Of a DNA stretch of 30,051 nucleotides, positions 16,929-23,637 are shown piece by piece. This stretch comes from a virus (lineage: Duplodnaviria; Caudoviricetes), in IMG/VR virus record IMGVR_UViG_3300037991_000596, positions 1 through 30,051 of that record, one strand, 5' to 3'. A program made the position numbers and the translations under genes. The notes beneath the pieces are model-generated. The model saw nothing but the letters and a program-made list of their open reading frames with translations, searched no databases and was not told where the DNA came from. Position 1 is the stretch's first letter; each line of letters opens with the position of its first letter.

Positions 16929-17802
16929 TTAAAACATATTGTTTTAATTCTTGAAATTCGTTTGACATCATTAAACCTTTTATTTGAAATTCATAAATGT
17001 TTCCATTTTTAGTTTTAGCACCAATTTGATTTTCATTAGTTGAAGGATTTTTATAAATAAAAAACTTTTGTAGATTTTTAATTTTTTGAAATCCTATTGG
17101 TTTTTGTTTTGATTTATATTGATTCATAAAACGATCAATATATTTAATGCCGTTTTTATCGTTGTTTCTAAATTTTAAAATTGTAAGAAAATTGTTTTGC
17201 CAAAACTCATCTTGACGCAAATTTTTAGCAACATTATAAACTTCACGCAAATTATATTTATCAATTTTTTGAATCTTTTCAAGACAATCCAACCATTTGT
17301 TTTTTTGAAGTTGTGTTTTGGGTCTATATTTTTCAGGAAATAAATTCGCAAAATGTGAAAACGCTTTTTGTGTTATTTGTGAATATTGGCGCTTTTCAAA
17401 TTTTGTACTATTATTATCTTTTATATTATTTATATTGTTATATATATTTACCTTTAACTTTTCTTCAATAGGGGTGTTTAACTTTTCTTCAATAGGTATT
17501 GAAGTTTTTTTCAATAGGGTGCTGATATAAATTCTTCGTTCTTTTATTTGTTTTGTGTCTTTTTGATATATCATTTTAACACGAATAAATTTATTCTTTT
17601 CTAAATTAGAAATCCATTTTGAAACACTTGTTTTTGAAACGCCATAAAGATTTGCAAAGTAATCGTTTGACGCATAACAAAAACCCTTTTCATTGGTCAA
17701 TGCTGTGAGTTCGCCAAACATTAATTTCTCGTTGGCTTTTAGTTTTTTAGAATACCGAACTGGCGCAGGTATTATAGCGAAATAATTCTTTTTGTTTTCC
17801 AT
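16918..17802 (-). CDS. Replication initiator (N-terminal wHTH, lambda O-like organisation)
   Basis: YFAIIPA.VRY..L...EKL.FGE...L....G.CYASN.YFA.LY.VS..SVS.WIS.L; internal iterons. Confidence 0.85.
   Translation of the reverse strand: MENKKNYFAIIPAPVRYSKKLKANEKLMFGELTALTNEKGFCYASNDYFANLYGVSKTSVSKWISNLEKNKFIRVKMIYQKDTKQIKERRIYISTLLKKTSIPIEEKLNTPIEEKLKVNIYNNINNIKDNNSTKFEKRQYSQITQKAFSHFANLFPEKYRPKTQLQKNKWLDCLEKIQKIDKYNLREVYNVAKNLRQDEFWQNNFLTILKFRNNDKNGIKYIDRFMNQYKSKQKPIGFQKIKNLQKFFIYKNPSTNENQIGAKTKNGNIYEFQIKGLMMSNEFQELKQYVLNEL
17401..17518. repeat. Putative replication origin: iterons plus AT-rich tract
   Basis: TTTAACTTTTCTTCAATAGG at 17453-17472 and 17477-17496, partial TTCAATAGG at 17510-17518; nearly pure A/T at 17410-17450. 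Confidence 0.75.
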
Positions 17803-17807
17803 TCATT

Positions 17808-17815
17808 CAAAAATA
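17808..17815 (-). promoter_or_regulatory. -7 promoter (TATTTTTG), probable leaderless initiator mRNA
   Basis: 5 nt from ATG 17802. Confidence 0.5.
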
Positions 17816-17825
17816 AAAATATATT

Positions 17826-18071
17826 TTACAAAATCAAATTATATTTTATATTGTCGCAAAATGAACGCAATTCATCAAATATTTTTTTGAGTTCTTGAAG
17901 TTCAATTTCGCCGTCTTCATATTTGTACCATAAAAGTTCAATTAATAAATCAAATTCAACTCTAGTAGATTTGCCAATATAATTATAAGTGACGGCAATG
18001 TCTTCAGGGTGGCTTTGAGTAAATCTTATTTTTTGATTTTCTGGGTCAAAATAGACTGTGTGATATTTCAT
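17826..18071 (-). CDS. Hypothetical protein
   Basis: 81 aa, ATGA overlap with VRR-NUC gene. Confidence 0.75.
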   Translation of the reverse strand: MKYHTVYFDPENQKIRFTQSHPEDIAVTYNYIGKSTRVEFDLLIELLWYKYEDGEIELQELKKIFDELRSFCDNIKYNLIL

Positions 18072-18454
18072 TTTTTTAAATTTTTTGTGTTGTTAGTAAA
18101 ATAATTATCAATGATCTCAATGCATTCGTCTAAATCGTTTGACCAATATGTCGCCCATTTGCACGTTTTTAGCCATTCTAACCACTTTTTTTGATTTTCA
18201 GTAGGTTTATTGTATTTATATTTTAATTCAATGGCTAAACCATTAAAATTGTCGTTTGGCGTAAATATTAATAAATCAGGAATCCCAGGCTTTGCGCCTA
18301 AATATTTCATTTTATATTGTTCGAAGGGTGTGCGTTTGCCTTCATTCATTGGGTGTGTGAATATACTATTTGGATAATTAAATTCTAAATAATTTATTAT
18401 TGCTCTTTGAAGTTTGTCTTCACCTTTTAAATATTTTTGATAAGGATTCGCCAT
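18068..18454 (-). CDS. VRR-NUC domain nuclease (putative resolvase)
   Basis: E..LQ, H.MNEG.R, G.KPGIPDL, LAIELK, K.TENQK.W motifs. Confidence 0.9.
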   Translation of the reverse strand: MANPYQKYLKGEDKLQRAIINYLEFNYPNSIFTHPMNEGKRTPFEQYKMKYLGAKPGIPDLLIFTPNDNFNGLAIELKYKYNKPTENQKKWLEWLKTCKWATYWSNDLDECIEIIDNYFTNNTKNLKK

Positions 18455-18457
18455 TTA

Positions 18458-18715
18458 TTATTCATTAAGTCGTTCAAGTTCAAATTCTAAATGTGCAATT
18501 GCTTTCTTTAAATCCTCAATTGGTGTTTTATGTTTTCTTTGACTTCTTAATAAATAAGTGACGGCAGTTCCAATGTTATAAGTCAAATCAAAATCGCTTA
18601 CAACATAACGTGCCTGAATGTTTCTATCTTTATTTTTTCCAATATAATATTTTGGAACTTTTTTAAATGATTCTTTTTTTAATAATTCTTTTGCGTTGTT
18701 AGTAAAATGCTTCAT
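18458..18715 (-). CDS. DUF3310 / T7 gp1.7-like protein
   Basis: P.YY...YNIGTAV.YL.R..RK....EDLKKA..HL.FE. Confidence 0.75.
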   Translation of the reverse strand: MKHFTNNAKELLKKESFKKVPKYYIGKNKDRNIQARYVVSDFDLTYNIGTAVTYLLRSQRKHKTPIEDLKKAIAHLEFELERLNE

Positions 18716-18717
18716 GA

Positions 18718-18804
18718 TTATTTTTTTAATTTTTTATAAAATAAATATGCAACAATTGAAATTGATATACAAATCGGACATGGGTGTAAAAATGCTATAT
18801 TCAT
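18718..18804 (-). CDS. Small hydrophobic peptide (28 aa)
   Basis: MNIAFLHPCPICISISIVAYLFYKKLKK; ATGA-coupled upstream, 2-nt gap downstream. Confidence 0.5.
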   Translation of the reverse strand: MNIAFLHPCPICISISIVAYLFYKKLKK

Positions 18805-19178
18805 TTTTTTAAATTTTTTATTTCGTTTTTTAATATGTCGTTTTCAATTAATAAATTGTTGTATTTATATAACAATGTTTGAGGTGACATTTTCTTTGTT
18901 TCAAATTGTGATAAAACTTGCATCTTTAAAGTTTCAAAATCAGTTTTAAAAAAAACATCATATTTCAACCAATCGTCAAAATTTCGTAAAGAATGTAAAA
19001 CTGAAGCATGATCACGATTAACAGAACTTCCAATCTTTTGCAATGAATGTCCCGTCGTGTGACGTGCTAACCAAAAATAAGCGGCTCTTGTCATTACAAT
19101 TGTTCGTTTTCGAGATTCAATTGTTATGTCACAATTGAAATGTTTATTGACTTTATTTATTAAATATTTTAAATGCAT
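18801..19178 (-). CDS. DnaA C-terminal-like HTH DNA-binding protein
   Basis: SRKR.IV..R....WLAR..T..SL..IG....RDHASVLHS resembles DnaA domain IV. Confidence 0.8.
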   Translation of the reverse strand: MHLKYLINKVNKHFNCDITIESRKRTIVMTRAAYFWLARHTTGHSLQKIGSSVNRDHASVLHSLRNFDDWLKYDVFFKTDFETLKMQVLSQFETKKMSPQTLLYKYNNLLIENDILKNEIKNLKK

Positions 19179-19185
19179 AATAATT

Positions 19186-19941
19186 TTATAATATTAAACT
19201 TCCGTCATTATCGAAATTGTTCCAAATATAGCCTGAAATAATTCCCATGTCACAATAAATTTTCCAATCGTCAAATGCACGTTTCCACGCTTTGCGTCCT
19301 TGTTCTATCATTTCGTCACTTAATGTGTAAACCTCAACAGAAAATGGAAAATTCGTTTCTACGGCAATAAATTTAAATTTATCAATGTTGCACATATCCA
19401 TGTAAAACGCCGCTTGTAAATGATAAGCGTATTTATAAACGTCACGTTTAAAAGCATTAGGCGAATTGTCTTGACATGTTTTAACGTCAGAAATAAAACC
19501 TTCAACACGATTTAAACAATCTGGTCGAACTCTAACGTCTAAATTTTCAAGTTTGCCATAATGTGATAATTCAATTTGACCTTGACAATATTTTTGCGCC
19601 AATTCGTGATTTTTAAAATTTTCTAAAATTTTTGTAATCTTTTGGTGATCGTCAAAAGAAACAAGTTTTTTGTTTTTTGCTTTCTTTTGTTCAATCTCAA
19701 ATTGTTCTTTGCCTTGTTTTGTTCTACGATCAATTTTTGGCATAATGTGAAATTCTTTGTGATACATTTCAGGTTCTAACATAGCACAATGAACCGCAGT
19801 CCCAAGCGCCATTGATGAAGTTTCAAAAGGCTTTTGATTTAAGAAATGATAAACTGATTTTTTATAAATCGCTTTTAAACCTGATGCACTTATCCCAGGC
19901 GATGAATGATATTTTTCATTAGAATCAAATTGCGTTTTCAT
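19186..19941 (-). CDS. RecE / exonuclease VIII-like PD-(D/E)XK nuclease
   Basis: YH...ISASGLK, GTAVH...LEP, RVRPD, SDVKT, YHLQAAFY, F.FIAVE..PF. Confidence 0.88.
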   Translation of the reverse strand: MKTQFDSNEKYHSSPGISASGLKAIYKKSVYHFLNQKPFETSSMALGTAVHCAMLEPEMYHKEFHIMPKIDRRTKQGKEQFEIEQKKAKNKKLVSFDDHQKITKILENFKNHELAQKYCQGQIELSHYGKLENLDVRVRPDCLNRVEGFISDVKTCQDNSPNAFKRDVYKYAYHLQAAFYMDMCNIDKFKFIAVETNFPFSVEVYTLSDEMIEQGRKAWKRAFDDWKIYCDMGIISGYIWNNFDNDGSLIL

Positions 19942-20093
19942 ATATCTTTAGATTTTTTAAATTCTTTTAAATCAATATTTCTATCAACTAGAAATTGTGA
20001 ATTCAATTCTTGAATTATTTTATTAAGTTCGTCAATTTTATTTTGCATTGATTTAATTCTTAAATACAAAAAGTTTAATGTTTCTTGTTCCAT
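19938..20093 (-). CDS. Small coiled-coil protein (51 aa)
   Basis: MEQETLNFLYLRIKSMQNKIDELNKIIQELNSQFLVDRNIDLKEFKKSKDI; ATGA overlap with the recE-like gene. Confidence 0.7.
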   Translation of the reverse strand: MEQETLNFLYLRIKSMQNKIDELNKIIQELNSQFLVDRNIDLKEFKKSKDI

Positions 20094-20116
20094 TTGTTAT
20101 AATTTTTAATTTCAAG

Positions 20117-20147
20117 TAAAACTAAAAATATATTTTTAATTTACAAA
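20117..20147 (-). promoter_or_regulatory. Promoter: -33 TTTG, 19-nt spacer, -7 variant TAGTTTTA
   Basis: TAAAACTA at 20117-20124, CAAA at 20144-20147. Confidence 0.55.
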
Positions 20148-20157
20148 ATATTAACAT

Positions 20158-20186
20158 AAAAAAAACGGCTTTCAATCTGAAAACCG
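20158..20186 (-). terminator. Intrinsic terminator
   Basis: CGGUUUUCA-GAU-UGAAAGCCG-U8. Confidence 0.8.
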
Positions 20187-20213
20187 CTTTCGTTTTGTTT
20201 GTCATTTTATCGT

Positions 20214-20450
20214 TTAAAATGGTAAATCGTCGGAAGTTTCAACAACATTTGCAACTTCAGGTTTTACATAAGGGTCGCTTAATTTTATTGAAAAAAACTT
20301 TCCTTTTGCACCTTCTTTAACCCAAGCGGCGATTTGTTGATCTTTTCCGTCTTGAAGTTTAATTGACCCTGAATAATCAGGTTGGTTGTCACTTGTTTTG
20401 TTAGTGTTTTTAAATAAACTTCCGTTTCCGTTTTTGTGTTCGTAACTCAT
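20214..20450 (-). CDS. ssb: Small phage single-stranded DNA-binding protein
   Basis: G.LFKN..K....QPDY.G...AAW...G.F.S and acidic DDLPF tail. Confidence 0.75.
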   Translation of the reverse strand: MSYEHKNGNGSLFKNTNKTSDNQPDYSGSIKLQDGKDQQIAAWVKEGAKGKFFSIKLSDPYVKPEVANVVETSDDLPF

Positions 20451-20461
20451 TTTTTTTGATT

Positions 20462-20947
20462 TTAGATATTAAATTTTTGTTTTATTTGTTCTCGGTATTC
20501 TTTTTTCATTTTAAAGCTAGATAATACCTTTTCCGCTTGTTCTTTTTTAGCTTTTAAAGTTGCGTTGAATTGCGCCTCTGTTAACCATTTTTTATTTTCA
20601 TTCGTTTGATTCTTAACGGCGTTTTGTACTTCATTGGCTGAAGCAATTGACGTGTCAATTCCAATACCTAAATAACCCAAAGCACGACCCAACGCAGAAG
20701 TGAAACCATTTTCAACAAATGACGTTTTGTTTATATAGCTTGAATCTCTATATTCTTGTGAATGTGCTGAAGCGATTTCAACGCCTTTTGTGTCACAAAT
20801 AGTGACTTTGAATATTCCTTCCTTTTCGTCAATGTGAACTAGTTGTTCGTTGATTTGCCAACCATTAAAAGTGGATTCACTTCTAAAATATTTTAGACGT
20901 TCATTGACTGTGATGTAATCTTTTCCTTTAATGTTTATTGTTTTCAT
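20462..20947 (-). CDS. Putative single-strand annealing recombinase (Rad52/Sak-like)
   Basis: Y..V.ER...F, IN.TS.VEN..TSA.GRAL..LGIG motif; adjacent to SSB and exonuclease. Confidence 0.6.
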   Translation of the reverse strand: MKTINIKGKDYITVNERLKYFRSESTFNGWQINEQLVHIDEKEGIFKVTICDTKGVEIASAHSQEYRDSSYINKTSFVENGFTSALGRALGYLGIGIDTSIASANEVQNAVKNQTNENKKWLTEAQFNATLKAKKEQAEKVLSSFKMKKEYREQIKQKFNI

Positions 20948-20958
20948 ATAATAAAAAT

Positions 20959-21156
20959 TTAATCGTTAATAATTAATTCAAATTGTGATAAATTAAAATC
21001 AGAGTTTTGCAAAATCATAACTTCACCAATTGTAAATGTTTCAGGATTTTTCAATCTCGATTTAAGCGTTGGCATTGTGCAATCTAATAAAAAACAAACG
21101 TCATAACGCTTTAAATTTAGGCGTTTCATTTCCGCCTTGAAGTGGTTTTCAAACAT
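20959..21156 (-). CDS. XRE/Cro-like HTH regulator
   Basis: 65 aa, LK..DV..LL.CT..TL..RL..P..FT..E pattern; first gene of the early operon. Confidence 0.65.
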   Translation of the reverse strand: MFENHFKAEMKRLNLKRYDVCFLLDCTMPTLKSRLKNPETFTIGEVMILQNSDFNLSQFELIIND

Positions 21157-21178
21157 AGTTTTCTGTTTTTATGAACTA

Positions 21179-21186
21179 CAAAAGTA
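21179..21186 (-). promoter_or_regulatory. -7 promoter (TACTTTTG) of early operon
   Basis: Perfect TAnnTTTG. Confidence 0.6.
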
Positions 21187-21218
21187 AAAATTTATTTTCA
21201 AATAAAAAAAATATTTGC

Positions 21219-21255
21219 AAAAAAAACCGCCGCAAATCAAAAGAAATAACGACGG
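21219..21255 (-). terminator. Intrinsic terminator ending the tail operon
   Basis: CCGUCG...CGGCGG-U8. Confidence 0.6.
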
Positions 21256-21280
21256 CTGACAAACAAAACAATGTTCGTTT

Positions 21281-23623
21281 TTATTTTGTTACTGTGTTTA
21301 GAGAAACATCATCATCATCATTTGGTAAATGAGATTTTATTTTTATTTGTGCATCTTTAACGTCATAAGTCATGGAATCAATTATTGTGGATTGTGGGTC
21401 ACTATCAATAGTTGACCAATTAAACCAAATTTTATTGTGCATTGAAAATGGCGTTACTTGATTCACTCTAAATGTGCCAGTATATCGAGGGACAAAATCT
21501 TTAAAATCATTTGCAATGTTTTGATTTTGAATATCATAATTTGTTTTAAATAAATTAGTAGTTGTGAAAGTTCCAAAACTATCTCGTGAACGTTTAAACA
21601 ATTGAATTTGTTCTTGAAATAATCTATCAACATTTTTATTTGTTGTGAAAAGTTTATTATTATCAATAAATGATGTTGATGTAATTTCTTCTTCACTCAA
21701 ATTGTTTTCATATCTTAATATTACATTATCAAAATAAGTTTCAACATAATCGGTGTTGCCTTGTGGGTAATCTGGTCTTTGAATTTGAATTTTTAAAACA
21801 ACATTTCCAAGCGCTGAAACTTGATCAAAATCTGTGTCAGTAAAATCAAAACTTAATTCTTTGTATTTATTAAAATCTTCTTGTGAAATAATATTGTCAA
21901 TTCCGTTTGGTTGACTAACCCATTTTTTATTTTCAATGTCAAATTCTCGCCATTGAGTAGTTGGATTTGTTACGCTTTGCGCTCTTATTCTAATTATAAA
22001 AGAATTTAAAATTCCAGTATCGTCAGACGTATCAAAAACAAATTTATATTGCATTGAAAATGAATATTTTGTTATTTGATCAATAGGAAAAATATCGTTA
22101 GCGACATCGCCAATTGTCGTGTCATCTAACATGAAAATTGTTGCGCTTGATTGTCTGTTTGTGGCAATAGTTTTTAAACTTTGTGTTCCTTGGTAAGAAT
22201 TATCATCACTAGTAACAATGACGAATGGGTTTATTGGAAAAACTGAACCAGTAGGGGGAAAAGCAACTCCGTCAATATCATTTCCACTTAATTGAAAACC
22301 AGCTGAACCATATTCAAAACCAGCATTAAAATGCGCTTTTGTTCTATTTAGATTTTTTGATTGCGTTGTAATTTGACTAATTCCTTGTAAATATTCAACA
22401 ACTAAATCGTTTTTAACTGGTATTAATTTTGAAGGAACTTCAAACAAAACATTTTCATTTGTAGTTTCAACAAAAGCGCCGTCTGTGTCGTATTTGTGAA
22501 GTTTTATAAACTCTTTGTTTGTGTCTTGAATTTGAGTTGTTATTTTGTTTCTAATGCCAGTTGGCGTCACTCCAGTAATTTCAACTTCATTAAATATTTT
22601 ATCTTTTACATATTTGTCAAATAAATTAGTCGCTTCAACAACGTGCCATTTGTTCATTGATTGAAAAATTCGCATATTATATGTTGACAATAATAATGCA
22701 AGTTGATCTTTTGCAAGTGGTATGTCATAGCCGTCAATCATTTCTGTCAATCCAGGTTCTATTGAACGAAATTCAGGAAAATATTCTCTGTTAGGGTCAC
22801 CAGCCGTAATTTTATCAGATTCAATGTCATTCATATAATGAACATCTAAACCTAAATCCAAATTGTCAAGAATTAAATTTATTCTCTCGGCGTCTTTATA
22901 ATAATTCGTGACACCAGTTCCGTCATAAGTTCGTTTTACTGGTGCATTGAAATTGTTAAGTGTTCCAAGTCCGTCAAAAGCGTTAAAAGTCACTCCGAAT
23001 GGTTTACTAATTAATTTTTCACGATACCTATCAACAACTAAAAAGCCTGACCAATATGCACCCCATTCATAAAAATTGCCGTCGTCAATGGCTTGTGAAA
23101 CACAACTTAATGATTCTATTGTTCCGCCGTCGTTTTCAACACGTTCATCATATTGTTGAGATTGTGAAATAAAATCATCTAATGTGTTATTAATACATTC
23201 AATAGATTCAACAACACCGCCGTCAGCAATAACACGATCTGAATAAATTTCACCTCGTGATTTAGCATAATAAACCTTTACTTTATATTCACGCTCATCA
23301 AACTTATAAAAATCATCATAAGAAACGTCATCAGTAACCATTAACGACAACTGACATTTTGAACCAATTATTGGTTTATAAAAGTCATCAGATGATTGCC
23401 ATGAAATTTTAACTGGGTTAGCGCCACCAATCATTGGATAAACATCACCGACATAATTCTTTTTTAATATTTCAACTTTTTTACCATGACCTAAAACGTC
23501 AGAAAATATCAATCTATATTTTACACCATAAGTGTCAAAATATGAACTAGATTCAAGTATTAAATTGGAATTGTCTTCATGTAAAAGAAAATCATTGTTT
23601 TCCGATAAAATATATTCAACCAT
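21281..23623 (-). CDS. Large tail-tip / hub protein
   Basis: 780 aa, beta-rich, directly after the tape measure gene; W.GF....Y.E, A.DGLG.L motifs; internal carbohydrate-binding-like segment. Confidence 0.7.
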   Translation of the reverse strand: MVEYILSENNDFLLHEDNSNLILESSSYFDTYGVKYRLIFSDVLGHGKKVEILKKNYVGDVYPMIGGANPVKISWQSSDDFYKPIIGSKCQLSLMVTDDVSYDDFYKFDEREYKVKVYYAKSRGEIYSDRVIADGGVVESIECINNTLDDFISQSQQYDERVENDGGTIESLSCVSQAIDDGNFYEWGAYWSGFLVVDRYREKLISKPFGVTFNAFDGLGTLNNFNAPVKRTYDGTGVTNYYKDAERINLILDNLDLGLDVHYMNDIESDKITAGDPNREYFPEFRSIEPGLTEMIDGYDIPLAKDQLALLLSTYNMRIFQSMNKWHVVEATNLFDKYVKDKIFNEVEITGVTPTGIRNKITTQIQDTNKEFIKLHKYDTDGAFVETTNENVLFEVPSKLIPVKNDLVVEYLQGISQITTQSKNLNRTKAHFNAGFEYGSAGFQLSGNDIDGVAFPPTGSVFPINPFVIVTSDDNSYQGTQSLKTIATNRQSSATIFMLDDTTIGDVANDIFPIDQITKYSFSMQYKFVFDTSDDTGILNSFIIRIRAQSVTNPTTQWREFDIENKKWVSQPNGIDNIISQEDFNKYKELSFDFTDTDFDQVSALGNVVLKIQIQRPDYPQGNTDYVETYFDNVILRYENNLSEEEITSTSFIDNNKLFTTNKNVDRLFQEQIQLFKRSRDSFGTFTTTNLFKTNYDIQNQNIANDFKDFVPRYTGTFRVNQVTPFSMHNKIWFNWSTIDSDPQSTIIDSMTYDVKDAQIKIKSHLPNDDDDVSLNTVTK

Positions 23624-23637
23624 TATTTAGTTTTATA

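Noticed and set aside
20959-21280. Lysogeny switch or prophage
   Set aside because: Only one small HTH gene; no divergent repressor, integrase, partition genes or host flanks.
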